A stretch of 63,839 nucleotides of DNA, filler included, from Octopus bimaculoides (GCF_001194135.2; 3 parts of 3 records of this genome joined end to end with filler, not necessarily neighbours in it); one strand, 5' to 3'; shown: positions 39,770 through 52,825, numbered from the whole stretch's first letter. Made by a program: numbers and translations. Notes: generated from the letters alone by a model not told the origin.

Positions 39770-40690
39770 TCACTTTTCTTTGGATGCATAAGAGGTGCAG
39801 TAGCATCAAAGGAAGGTTAATCAGGAAGATAGCTTTTGTGTGTGGCAGATGCACAGGGGCAATAAACACCGCAGATGCTGGGTATACTGATTCCATCACA
39901 TGCCAGAGGGAGAAACTAGAAATAGCTGATAGCTTCTGCTACCTAGGTGACCAAGTCTGTAGTGGGGGGGGCGGATGCTCGGAGAGCATTGCCACTAGAT
40001 TAAGAATAGCCTGGGAAAAGTTCAGAAAGCTCCTACCTCTACTGGTGATAAACGGCCTCTTGCTCAGAGTGAAAGGCAGATTAAATGATGCATGTGTGCA
40101 AACTGCCATACTATATGACGGTGAAACATGGGCTGTGACTGCTGCAGACATGCATAGGCTTGAAAGAAAAGAAGCTAGTATGATCTGCTGGATGTTTAAT
40201 GTCAGTGTGCACACACGAGAGAGTGTAAGCGCCCCGAGAGAAAAGTTGCTCATATGAAGCATCAGATGTGGTGTGCAAGAGACGACTGTGTTGGTATGGT
40301 CATGTGCTGCATATGGACGAGGAGAGCTGAGGGAAGAAGTGTCACTCCCTAACAGTGAAAGGAACTAACGGTAGAGGGAGACCCAGGAAGACATGGGATG
40401 AGGTGGTGAAGCATGACCTTCGAACATTGGGCCTCACAGAGGCAATGGCGAAAGACCTGGAGATCCGCTGTGACTGAGAAGACTCGGCAAGTAAAGTGAA
40501 ATCACAGCCGTTACATAACCAGCCCATTTAAAAGGTACCGGGCGACATTCCGTGCTTGAGGAGACCTATTGAGTCAAGTAAAATCAATATCAAATCAAAT
40601 CACAATCAAATGGAAATTGTAGATTTGGCCGATGCCAGTGCTGCCTGACTGGCTCCCCATGCTGGTGGTATATAATAAGCACCATCTGAA
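39770..40690 (+). mobile_element. RTE-clade LINE, 5'-truncated 3' end
   Basis: FCYLGD...GCSESIATRLRIAWEKFRKLLPLL...KGRL..ACVQTAILY.GETWAV...RLER.EASMICWM, followed by a 3' UTR shared with the dispersed RTE-tail repeats. Confidence 0.9.
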
Positions 40691-40837
40691 GGTGGTCAAT
40701 GCCAGATCTGCTCACAAAGCTTAGGTCAGCCCAGGGCTATTACAGAAAACACTTCCCAAGGTGACATGTAGTGAGAACAAACTCAGAAACATGTGTTAAG
40801 GAGCCAAACTTGTCAACCTCACAGCCATGCATGTATA

Positions 40838-41048
40838 CAAGGGGGTGCTGAAAAGTTCCTGGTTTTATGTAAAAGAAAATAGAGGATAATCAGTTGTAAC
40901 TTTATTGAACATGTTCCTCTCTCAGATTCACACACCTATCGCAGTGGCCCTTCAGTTTTTCTAAGCCCCGTAAAAGAACTTGGAAGGTTCAACCTTCAAT
41001 GAGGCCTTTTGCAATACTCATAAAACCAAGAACTTTTCTGTACCCCCT

Positions 41049-41049
<1 letters not shown>
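40838..41049. mobile_element. mariner-type MITE, copy 1
   Basis: TA|CAAGGGGGTGCTGAAAAGTTCCTGG ... CCAAGAACTTTTCTGTACCCCCTG termini. Confidence 0.8.
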
Positions 41050-41086
<37 letters not shown>

Positions 41087-41152
41087 CGNNNNNNNNNNNN
41101 NNNNNNNNNNNNNNNNNNNNNNNNNNNNNNNNNNNNNNNNNNNNNNNNNNNN

Positions 41153-41186
<34 letters not shown>

Positions 41187-41199
41187 ACGCACGCGCGCG

Positions 41200-41853
41200 C
41201 GAGGGAAAGTTAAAAATTATCCACACTTTTGCTATAACATTTATTATTGTCACACTGCCTTCTGTGCATGCATGCTTATAGTTGGTACTATTGTGGTAAC
41301 ATAATTGAAGTTTGAGCCTGTTCGCACCATTTTCTTTCTGGCTTTACAGTGCAAGCATGGCTGCTCCACTAGCAATGTGCAACAAAGAGCAGTAATCCGA
41401 GAGATGGTAATGGTGAACCGTCTCACCATTATCATCTCTCAAGCTTGCTGAATTCTCTCATTAGTGGTGGAGGTTGACTGGCGTCCTGCTCCCTCTTCGT
41501 GCATCATGTTTGTCTGGCCACTTTTAAACTTCTTGATTCACTCATACACACTTTTACGTGGTAGTGCACTGTCCCTGTATTGTGCTAAAAGCTTCCAATG
41601 AATTTCAGCACTTTACACACCTTTCGGCCAGAGAAATTGGATCACTGGTCTTTGTTCTTTGGTACACCTTACTCATGGAGCGGCCATGCTTTACACTGTA
41701 GTAAAGCCAGAAAGAAAAATGGTGTGATCAGGCTCAAACTTCGATCACGTGACCACAATAGTACCAACTATAAGCATGCATGCACAGAAGGCAGTGTGAC
41801 AATAATAAAGATATGTTATGGTGAAAGTGCGGATAATCTTTGACTTCCCCTTG
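41200..41853. mobile_element. mariner-derived long-TIR element
   Basis: Arms of about 200 bp (41200-41398 and 41638-41853). The minus strand of 41400-41690 encodes a decayed mariner N-terminus (FLWPKGV..AEIH..L..QY...ALPRKSVYE..KKFKSG). Confidence 0.85.
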
Positions 41854-42844
41854 TATATACAAATAAAATTTTATGTCCAGGGATGGGGGTTTTCAGTGTT
41901 CCACCCACTTTTTGCCAAAGTTGTTTGTCATCTGGCATTCACAGCAACAAAGAAAACGAGCCATCTTTGTTACCCTTGAAAGGTCATCTCCTGGCAAGAC
42001 TTAAGAGGCTCCTCTTACTCTTTGACATCTGTCTCTGTTATAAATTATAAAGTGGCTGATCTAATTCTTGTTGAAGTTTTTTTTATTTGTTCACTGTAAA
42101 ACTAATTTCAGTTTTATGAAGTTATGGAGCATGTGCTTTCTTGTATAATCACTTGATTTGCTCAAATTAACAGCCAAATATTCAACTAATACTAAGACTA
42201 GTTACACACCTGCTCTTATGATCTGTCTTCTTTTTTGCACTGCATGCATACACATGTAGAACTAGACACACTTTATAATTTAGATGATGGCCAAGTTTTA
42301 TGCAAAGTAACATGTGGGGAGCATAAGAAAGGATTATTGTGATGGTAATGCAGTGGTAGTTGACCATAAGTAGATTAATATAGTTTATGCTATAAAGCTG
42401 CAAGCTGGCAGAAACACGCTGGGTGAAATGCTTAGTGGTATTTCATCTGTCTTTATGTTCTGAGTTCAAATTCTGCCGAGGTCGACTTTGCCTTTCATCC
42501 TTTCAAGGTTGATAAATTAAGTACCAGTTGCGTACTGGTGTCGATCTAATCGACTGGTCCTCTCCCTCAAAATTTCGGGCCTTGTCCCTAGAGTAGAAAA
42601 GAATAGTTTAAGCCACGTCTTGTAATTGTTTTTGTTATTTGTGTTAAATGGTATTTAAGAGTGATCAAAAATAGCTTTGAGTACAAGAAACTTGCGTATT
42701 TATTTGAATTTTCTGTACTTATTTCATCTCGGTCCATTGAAGCTAGTTAGTTAAGTTAGCAGTGTAACTGATAGTGAAAGTTAGTCTTTCAACATTCTAC
42801 AACTACTGGCTTTGTCTTTTCTCAGCTTCATCCCCTCCTACATA

Positions 42845-43057
42845 TGAGGGGGGGGGGACTGAAAAATTCCTGGTTTTAAGAGTATCACAAAAGGCTTGGT
42901 TGGAGGCCCAACCTTCCGAGTTCTTTTGCAGGGCTTTTGCAGGACTGCTGCAATAAGTGTGTGAATCTGAGAGAGGAATATGTTGAATAAAATAATTAAC
43001 TGATTAACTGTATTTTCTTTTACCTACCAAAGCCAGGAACTTTTTTGTGTCCCCTTG
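42845..43057. mobile_element. mariner-type MITE, copy 2 (opposite orientation to copy 1)
   Basis: Same TIR family with TA flanks. The internal GAATCTGAGAGAGGAA is the reverse complement of copy 1. Confidence 0.8.
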
Positions 43058-43584
43058 TATAAACCTAAATGTAATTGCCTAAAAGCCTCCTTGGTGCTTG
43101 CCATTTGTTTCATGACATTAAGTGGATGAGAGATAATTGTCCTTCTGAACAAGATGGGTCAGCCTATGACAGGTAATAGCCTCATATGGTCTGGTATCTA
43201 TTGTTGATAGCTGTACAATGTAGAGTAAAATCTTCTGCCTTGGCACAACAAAACCTGTTAGCATATGTGAGTCTGTGTTCTCTAAGTAGATAGTGTAGTG
43301 CCTTTTTTCCATCCAAACTTCTCATCTTCCAAGGAACAGATATAGTTTTGGAGTAGCAGCTTCTAAGATATGTGTTTAACTCTACTGCAGGTATTTCATT
43401 ATATTTTGGTAGTACAGTTCTCGTTGCTCAGTTTATCGAATTCTTTTGGTTAATAAATATCAAGATTATCTACGAGTGTTTCATGACATTGACACAGCAC
43501 ATACTGGCATACCTCTACATATGCTAAAATTTTACTACACCCATCCAGCACACACACATCATGAACATTCATAAGTTCATGTGG

Positions 43585-43950
43585 CACATAAGATGCACCA
43601 TTTTAAGCGTGGCCGTTGCCAGTACCGCCTGACTGGCTTCCGTAGGATTTTCGAGCGAGATCGTTGCCAGTGCCCCTGGACTGGCTTGTGCGGGTGGCAC
43701 ATAAAAGACACCATTTCGAGCGTGGCCGTTGCCAGTATCGCCTGAGTGGCCTTCGTGCAGGTGACACGTAAAAGCACCGACTACACTCTGAGTGGTTGGC
43801 GTTAGGAAGGGCATCCAGCTGTAGAAACTCTGCCAAATTTAGATTGGAGCCTGGTGTTGCCATCCGGTTTCACCAGTCGTCAGTCAAGTCGTCCAACCCA
43901 TGCTAGCATGGAAAGCGGACGTTAAACGATAATGATGATGATGATGATGT
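43585..43950 (+). mobile_element. RTE 3'-UTR-derived repeat with internal ~70-bp subrepeats (representative)
   Basis: GGCACGTAAAAGCACC subrepeats, then GTTAGGAAGGGCATCCAGC...CCCATGC.AGCATGGAAAG and a (GAT)n tail. Other copies at about 23385-23525, 27290-27450, 29686-29940, 49325-49719, 51961-52132(-), 52335-52465(-), 58530-58650 and 58915-59090. Confidence 0.8.
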
Positions 43951-46900
43951 TCCAACCCCATGAAGCAGCCTCTAATTGGTTGCTTGACTTATTAAAATTA
44001 GTTGTTAAATCTCTTTCATATCATACCCTACTATCTTAAAAAAAGGAAGGAAGGATATATTAGATAAGGTAGTCCTAGATACGTTTATATCTAAGAAAGA
44101 CTGGATGGTCATTATTAGAATTCTTTCAATCAGTAATCTGTTCAGATTAGGCTGTCATGTGGTCACAAGAAAAGTGGCATCCTTACTGGAGATTCACCCC
44201 ATCAGGTGGACATAAAACTGTGACTTTATAAACCTATTGTGTACTGACACATTATTATAGATCTTTGTCTTGCTTCAGGTCTCTGACCTTCTTGACTAGT
44301 CATAAAATCAATTTTGTACAGGTTATAGTGCTGAAATAAGGTGAATCAACTCCAAATATATGAGTGGAATTTCTTTCATTCTTGAAGGACTAAAGAGAGA
44401 AATCAACCTCAGCTAAGCAATAGAATATACATTCCTATAAAACTATAAAGCCTTTTGTTACTATATTTTTGTTGAAATGCGTTGCCTTTGTTTTCTTTTA
44501 ATTTTGAGAATAAAGAATTTGATTCTAATAACTTTCTCATTATTAAAGTGGGTGTATGGAATATAAATTAACATGAAATTTTGATGACAGATTTTACTTT
44601 ACATCACTTTAAAACATTAAAATAGAATTGGCCTCAAGCAGGTTGGTATCAAATGGATTAGGCTGAGGAATGTCCCAGAAGTACTAACGTCACTTATCCA
44701 AATGAAATGTAATAAATATTTTCTACTGTGATTGGACACGCTATTTGAGTAGTGAGAGTTCTTTAGTGTTATGGGAACAAAAAATTTCAATAGTACTAGT
44801 GTCATTACAAAATGTACCTAGAATACTTCAGTAATGTGTTGATGAGTGAGCGGGGAAAAGGGGATTGAAAAAAAACCCCTCAAGTTTTGATGAGGAACTG
44901 ACAACCTCTCTAGTGTTGATGCTATGATAAAATGCACCTAATATACTCAGTGAAGTAGTTTGTGTTAGGAGACCCAGCTGTAGAAACCTAGCCAAAAGGG
45001 AGTGTACAAGTGAGATGTGGCTCTCTGATAACTCTAGGAGGCCAGTAAATCTAAATGAGAATTGACTTGGACAATGGTGATCTAACCCATGTGGAAAAAA
45101 AAAAAGAAGCAGATCTAAGATGATGACGAGGATGGTATTATTAATTAATAATAAAAAAGACTAAATGAAAAGTCAAATTATTATTCAACTCTTAGTTCAG
45201 CTCTGGTTGAGCAGACTGGACATATCAATGTCTTGTCAAATGTTTAGATATGATCCTCAGCACATTAGTTCTGTATTGATTTTTTTTTTCTCATTTAACT
45301 GGTCTTCCAGTTGTAACTAATCTGTTTTATACACAATGTGTACAGGACTGCATTATCTAATGTACTTTTTTTTTTGTTTTAGAGATAGTGCAGTTTGATT
45401 TGAGGGAGATTTGGCTGCTATTTCTTGAAATTTGATGACCATGTAAAGGCTTTCTCATTGGCTCATTGAAATATTTGTATAGCAATCTATTTATAAAGTA
45501 ATAAACAGTTCGCTTTGTGAAAAATTCTATGTAGGTGTGCAGACAAGAGGTCATTGACATTACACTGCATTGCTTACTGTTTATGTTCTATGAAAGTTGA
45601 GTGAGTTTATTAACTGCTGTGGCAATGTGAAAAGAACAAACCAAGTGGAAATTAATAATAATAACAACAACAATAATGATAGTTTAAATTATTTATTTTC
45701 TTTTTACTCTAGGCACAAGACCCGAAATTTTTGGGGAGGGGACTAGTCGATTAGATCGACTCCCTCCAGTATGCAACTGGTACTTAATTTATCGACCCTG
45801 AAAGGATGAAAGGCAAAGTCGACCTTGGCGGAATTTGAACTCAGAACGTTACGGCAGACAAAATACCACTAAGGATTTTGCCTGGCGTGCAAACGATTCC
45901 GCCAGCTTGCCACCTTAATAGTTTAAAATTTTGGCACGAGACCAGCAATGTTTTTNNNNNNNNNNNNNNNNNNNNNNNNNNNNNNNNNNNNNNNNNNNNN
46001 NNNNNNNNNNNNNNNNNNNNNNNNNNNNNNNNNNNNNNNNNNNNNNNNNNNNNNNNNNNNNNNNNNNNNNNNNNNNNNNNNNNNNNNNNNNNNNNNNNNN
46101 NNNNNNNNNNNNNNNNNNNNNNNNNNNNNNNNNNNNNNNNNNNNNNNNNNNNNNNNNNNNNNNNNNNNNNNNNNNNNNNNNNNNNNNNNNNNNNNNNNNN
46201 NNNNNNNNNNNNNNNNNNNNNNNNNNNNNNNNNNNNNNNNNNNNNNNNNNNNNNNNNNNNNNNNNNNNNNNNAAATCTTGTTAGGGCTAACTTTTACCTT
46301 TCTGGCATTGATATATTTGGTATCACTCAAGAATTGGAGTTAATTTAATCATTTTTGCTGTTTTTCTCTGAAGGTTTGTGACAAGCTGGTAGTAACATAA
46401 TTGTCAGACAAAATGCTTGGTGTTTTTTTTTTTCTGGCACTTTACATTCTGAGTTCAAATCCCACTGAGATCGACTTTGCCTTTCATCCCTCTGAGGTTG
46501 ATGAAATAAAGTACCAGTCAAGTTCTGGGGATCAATGTAATTGACCATCCCCCTCTACCCCCAAAAAACTGCTACCTTGTGCCAAAATTAGAAAATTATT
46601 ATTATTGAGTGAGAGAGCAATGCCATCACAGTAACACTGGGGCACAAATATATGAAGCCCAATAGACCCATCACGACTACTCCATCTGGGGTCGATGTAA
46701 TCAACTTACACTACCTCTAAAATTGCTGGCCTTGTACCAAAATTTATTACCATTATTTCTTAGCTCTTCACATTCTGAGTTCAAATCTCACTGAGGTCAG
46801 TTAAACTGACTAAAATCCTTATGAATTGTAGCTTTGTGCTAATCTGAAAAATTGCCATTGAAGGCAATATGACTAGATCAGGGTTTATACTGCATGTTTT

Positions 46901-47706
46901 TTGTGGCATGATATCCTATGGTTGAGTTCAAACCCTACATGAATAACCATTGCTTACCAGTAATAAACTGGGGTCAGATATATGGACTGTTACTATTAAG
47001 ACAAATATTAGTGGGGGCTATGGTGTGACATTAGAATCTTGATTTAAGATAACACTTATTTACATTGGGAAAGACCTGAATGTCAGCACTTGACATATAT
47101 TATGTATTATCTCTGGTGGCTCTTACAATACTCTGTGTGGCAAGTATTATGGAGTACTGGGTGTTAAATTCAAGAATTGTTGCAAGAAGTAATGAGGTAG
47201 GAATCACTACAGTAATGAACATTCTTTCTAAGGTCATGCTATGATACTGTGGCATCATAACATGTCTTTATGAGCATTTTATTTATTTTATTTGTGCTGA
47301 GTATTTTTCTCCTGATTTTTAAATAATATTTGTTGCCAACATGTCTTCATAGGGGGCTATGGAGTGCTTATCCTCTGAAGAGTGACCAGCTTGCTATGAA
47401 AGTTGTCAGGGCAATCTCCTCAATTTCCTGTGTACAAAGAAAATAATAAGATACATTTATATTTATTTATTTACTTTCTACAGTAGGTGTTACAAACCAG
47501 AGTCTAGCCACATTAATCTTAACTTTTGTATCTGCTGCTTGTGCATACAGATGAACGCTACATGCACGCACGCGCGCACATACACACACACACCTGTATC
47601 TTTTGGATGAGTTTGAATTCACAGCAATTCTAACAGAGATGCATTAATCTTTTTTCATTTATGCTAAATTATAAAAATCTTTTATTTTTGTGTTAATATT
47701 TTTCAG

Positions 47707-47877
47707 CTGGGTTGACATGTAACAATAGAGCTTTGTATCCTAAAACCCTGCAACCACACTTGCTGGCAGCTAAACAGATTGGTTTTCCATCTCTCTCTCA
47801 GAAAACACTTATGTTAACCTCCACCAATTCAGCATGGTGGGACTACTTTCGACCACGTTTAGGGCCGTTTACTCCCG
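47707..47877 (+). CDS. SDHD: SDHD coding exon 2 (mitochondrial presequence region)
   Basis: ttttcAG acceptor and CCCG|GTAAGT donor, phase 1 to phase 1. Open frame (x)GLTCNNRALYPKTLQPHLLAAKQIGFPSLSQKTLMLTSTNSAWWDYFRPRLGPFTP splices in frame to the next exon. Assigned to SDHD by phase and position, not by sequence similarity. Confidence 0.75.
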
Positions 47878-48718
47878 GTAAGTCATGTGTTTTTTTATTT
47901 GTGTCTGTAATTTGAATCATCTACTTTTTCTAGCAAAGTTAAATGATAAAAATTAAAGTATCTGTACAGCTGTTTTTTTTTTGCTTGAGGGGATAGTTTA
48001 TTATAAACTTTTAGTCAATCATTTTGAAAATAGTCTGTGACCCAATTCTGATCAGTGCAACTTAAAAATCCCAAATTCGAACCCACTGCTACCAGTTCAG
48101 TTGGTCCATATGAAGTAGGTGTTGGCCTATTAACTCGAAACTCAACAATTTGTTGTCCAATCACTCTCAGCTTTGTTGTATCCTAACAAAGACAACCTAA
48201 TCCACAAATATGTGTAAATAGGTACTGCATAGTATAAGCAGATGTCAGACATTCAGTGCAAAGTTTGTATACTTAAGTGAAGGTAGTAGCTTCACTAACT
48301 CCTATAGACAAGATGCTGCTATGCTGCAAATTATCTTTGAACTTTTATCATAAATTCACCCTCATTCAAATCATGCAAAGCTGCTATTTCATCACAAGAG
48401 TCACCGTAGATCGATTATGACTACTCTCTCCAAGTTTTCATTTCCTTCCACTCTTTCCTAAATATAAAAGTGGAACATAATAATATTCCTGGTCACTAGA
48501 CAGGCTAATCCTATGAGGATAGGTACTTAATATCTTTTCACCTACCAAAGTAGAACAAGGAAAATAATGGTTTCATGTATCCTTGTGTTATTGGAACTCT
48601 TCTGTTTGACTTTGTTTTATTATGCACTGAGCAACCATGTAGGCCACATTACATTCTACTATAAGAAACTAGTATTTGTAGTTTCCTCCTCCTCCTCATC
48701 ATCATTATTATTATTAAG

Positions 48719-49310
48719 GCGGCGAGCTGGCAGAAACGTTAGCACACCGGGTGAAATGCTTAGTGGTATTTCGTCTGCTGTTACGTTCTGAGTTCAAATT
48801 CCGCCGAGGTCGACTTTGCCTTTCATCCTAACAGGGTCGATAAATTAAGTACCAGGTACGCACTGGAGTGGATGTAATCGACTTAATCCCTTTGTCTGTC
48901 CTTGTTTGTCCCCTCTATGTTTAGCCCCTTGTGGGCAATAAAGAAATAAGAAACGTTAGCATGCTGAGTGAAATGCTTAACGGTATTTCGTGTATCTTTA
49001 CATTCTGAGCTCAAATTCCGCCAAGGTCGACTTTGCTTTCATCTTTCAGTTGCGTACTAGGGATCGATCTAATTGACCCCTCACCAAAAATTTTGGGCCT
49101 TGTGCCTTGAGTAGAAAAGATTAATGTGGTGAGCTGGCAGAATTGTTAGCATGCCGGTCTTCACATTCTGAGTTCAAATTCTGCTAAGGTCGTCTTTACT
49201 TTTCATCTTTTCAGCGTCGGTAAAATGAGTACCAGTTGAGTATTGGAGGTGATGCAATCGACTCCACCCACCAAATTACTGGCCTTGTGCCAAAATTTGA
49301 AATTATCATT
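48719..49310 (+). mobile_element. SINE family B (GGCGGCGAGCTGGCAGAA head), dimer or trimer cluster in SDHD intron 2
   Basis: Core GTCGACTTTGCCTTTCATCC...GTCGATAAATTAAGTACCAG, resembling the Nin/Deu-type SINE domain from memory. Other copies at about 1855-1990, 24250-24460, 24850-25115, 29470-29660, 38320-38630, 42410-42600, 45710-45915, 46370-46590, 49730-49890, 54045-54250, 58060-58283, 60150-60445, 61145-61348 and 61680-61905. Confidence 0.85.
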
Positions 49311-49994
49311 ATTAAGGCTACTAAGAGCACCGTCCGAGCGTGATCATTGCCAGAGCAGCTGTCTGGCTTCCATGCCAGTGGCACGTAAATAGCACCATTT
49401 GAGCGTGATTGTTACCAGCGTGGAAAGACATTGAAGCGAGGTTGTTGCTAGTGCCGCTGGACTAGCTCCTGTGCAGGTGGCACGTAAAATACACCATTTT
49501 GAGCGTGGCCGTTGCCAGTACCGCCTACTGGCCTTCGTGCCGGTGGCACGTAAAAGCACCCACTACGCTCTCGGAGTGGTTGGCGTTAGGAAGGGCATTC
49601 GGCTGTAGAAACACTGCCAAACCATATTGGAGCCTGGTGTAGCCATCTGGTTTACCAGTCCTCAGTCAAATCGTCCAACCCATGCCAGCATGAAAGCGGA
49701 CATTAAACGATAATGATGAAGGCAACAAACTAGCAGAATTGTTAGCATGCCAGGCAAAATGCTTAGTGACATTTCATCCGTCCCTACATTCAAAATTCAA
49801 ATTCTACTGAGGTTGACTTTGCCTTTCATCCATTAGGGATCGATAAAATAAGTATCAGTTGAGCACTGGGGTTGATGTAATTGACTTGCCCCTTACGCCA
49901 ACCATTCTTCTTCTTCTTCTTATTATTATTATTTTACCATCAGTCTTGTCTGATTTATTACGTTTTGAATTTTAACATTTTCATTTACCTGTAG

Positions 49995-50154
49995 CTGAGA
50001 AGAAAGGAAATCACATGATGCTGGCCTCTACTCATTGGAAACTTGAACGGATTGTTGCTATCAGTCTTCTGGGAATACTACCAGCTGCTATAATTAGCCC
50101 AAATTCTGTGACAGATTTTCTTTTAGTGACTTCATTTCTATTACATAGTCATTG
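49995..50154 (+). CDS. SDHD: SDHD coding exon 3
   Basis: cctgtAG acceptor and TG|GTAAGG donor (phase 2). Translates AEKKGNHMMLASTHWKLERIVAISLLGILPAAIISPNSVTDFLLVTSFLLHSHW, with the SDHD/CybS motifs AS.HW..ER and LH.HWG (heme-ligand His). Confidence 0.96.
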
Positions 50155-51497
50155 GTAAGGAACGAGTTCTTTCTATTTTGTTTGTTTAAATATTTTTTTT
50201 TTTATCTGTAATAAACATTCAAGATTTTGATGACTATGGGATTCTTATCTTCTGTTGTTAATGATTCTTGGTGAAAATCCTAAACATTACAAAATGAGAC
50301 AATCTTATGTTGTTTCCTGCTGTAGTCAGTTATCTAGAGAAAGATAGTCTTTACTATGCTAAGCTGCTGTTCTGAGTCATTTGGTTGTATACAAACAACC
50401 AAGTAAGCATTACTTCGCTTTTCCATTGTACACTATATGTGAAGGGATAAAAATACCGCAGCCATTTTATTTTTTCTTGGAACAAGGTACATAACTCTGC
50501 TTGACACGTATTAGCTGACTGATAAAAATATTAAAGTGGTTGTACAACACTTTTACCAACAGTAGTTGAACAGAAGAAAGAGGCTCCAAGTCTTAAAACA
50601 ATTGTTCTGTCAAACCGAAAATTATCATACACATGAAAATTCAAGGAAATGGATGAGAGTTTGCAAGGCCTCTACATATACTTGAGTAACAGGTTTTAAG
50701 CTTCTGGTTTCATTCCTACACACTAGTAAAATCCTTGTATGGTTGGTAAAATAAATATCTTATGAATAGTACTTATTTAAGTAGCATTCAGTATATCAGA
50801 TTAATTCAGTGAACTATAATTTTTTCTTGTGAACATTGGTTTTGTGCTATTTTGCAAAATCCATGCTTGTGTGTTTTACGGTGGGTGACATACAGCAAGA
50901 TTGTAAGCTTTTGCTTTTGCAGCACAATTTCAATCAAGCTGAAGTCAGTGACTTTGCTTATTTTACAAATAGCATCAAATAGCATCTCCCCATAGCATCA
51001 TCATAAATATTATGATAGCTGAGTTACCATCATGTTCAGTTTTGTAACCTTGTCAGAAGAAACTGATATTTCCATTTAATTCTTTCATTTCACAGTGATA
51101 TGTACATCTGTGAATTGTTTGACCTTTTTTTTAATCAAAGATTACTACCAGTGAGTGGTCAACTATTTCAAGTACCTAGTATCTCTGTTCTTGACTGATA
51201 GGGGAATAGAGGCAATATAAGATAAATTTCTCTGTCTAGAAATTTTGAAACATTTGCAGTGGAATTGAATTTATATCTTAAAATCTTGGAATCAAATTTC
51301 TTATATACTGCCATTTTGTTTCAAAACAATGGAATGTAATGTGTATGAAATATAATGACAATTAAATGTAACAACAACATTTTTATGTTTGTTTTCCTTG
51401 CTAGTATGGGTTGGATCAATCATCATAGCGTGAAAGTGTTATTGGGTGAAGGGCACTGACTTCAGAGAGCCAGAGTACTTTACCTCTCTCATAAAAA

Positions 51498-51782
51498 GAA
51501 GAGCAACAACTTCCAGGTCATCTCTACTAAATGTATTTTTCAATCACATGTGTGTTATCACTTGTTTACACCCTCCTTCTCAACCTATCGGAGTTATTAC
51601 AGATCGGACTATGAGCAGTGTTGTTCATTTGTATGTCTTCTATTCGCTCATTAACATTTTGAAACTTTATTTGGAAACTGGCTACATGAGATTTATTCTT
51701 CCTTTATTATAGGGACTATACTGAACTATCCAAAATGTGCCATTAAAGAATATAACTAATTCAACATTAGATTAACTAATTC
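51498..51782. repeat. Unclassified ~285-bp dispersed repeat, copy 1
   Basis: Highly similar to 63026-63311 in the same orientation. Confidence 0.85.
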
Positions 51783-51831
51783 TTTTACATTAGCTTTGTT
51801 CAAATATAAACACTGCAAAATCCTCTAAAGC

Positions 51832-51890
<59 letters not shown>

Positions 51891-52825
51891 CCTTAAGTCA
51901 GTAAATATGAAATAAATATTGGCTTGTTTTTTATGGTTGGCTGCTCTTCCTATCCCCAGATCATCATTGTTTAACGTCCGCTTTCCATGCTAGCATGGGT
52001 TGGACAATTCGACTGAGGACTGGCAAGTCAGAAGGCTGCACCAGGCTCCAATCTGATCTGGCAAGGTTTCTACAGCTGGATGCCCTTCCTAACACCAACC
52101 ACTTCGAGAGTATAGTGGGTGCTTTTACGTGCTGACGGCATGAGGGCCAGTCACGATTTTACAGAATGTACTGAGTGCATTATATCATGACACCAGTTAT
52201 AGAGAGATTATGTCCTCAGTAAGACCAGACTAAAAGCTCTTAACATTATGCTTTCTCTGCTCATCCACCAACCATTTTGTATAGTGCACTGAATGTATTT
52301 TATCAATGCATTAGTATGAAGAGTTGCTGTGTACATCTTCATCATCATTTAACGTCCATTTTCCATGCTGGCATGGGTGGGACTGAGGTTTTGGAAAGCC
52401 AGCGGCTGCACCAAGCTCCAGTCTACTCTGGCAGTGTTTCTACAGCTGGATGCCCTTCCTAACACCATATGAATAAAGAGTACTCACTCTGCTAAGTTAT
52501 GTACTTTCCCTCAAGGGAATAGAAGAGAAGGACAGAAGTGTCAGAATGGTTGGGTGAAGAGAGCAAAAGTATGATGGTAAAAAAAGAAAACTGAATGATT
52601 GAGGTGGAGGGAGAGTGAGTGATGGGTGACAATAAGTAGGGATTAGGTGAGTGATGACTGGCAATACAGAAAGGGGTAATGGTAGAATGTATTCGGTACA
52701 AACAGGCCAGTGCGGTTTCTTATACATAGAGCTCGTGATGGGTATGTGAAGTAGAATGATGAGGTTGGTGGTAGTTGTTTTAGTGGTTGAATATGTAGTT
52801 TCTGCATTGTCTATCTTTCATGAGT

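Noticed and set aside
43585-43790. Regularly spaced ~70-bp repeats resembling a CRISPR-like array (also 49325-49560)
   Set aside because: The units are degenerate along their whole length with no unique spacers; they are internal subrepeats of the RTE 3'-UTR family.
51835-51890. Long poly-T tract in SDHD intron 3
   Set aside because: No attached retrocopy body or TSD recognised; homopolymer length is unreliable.
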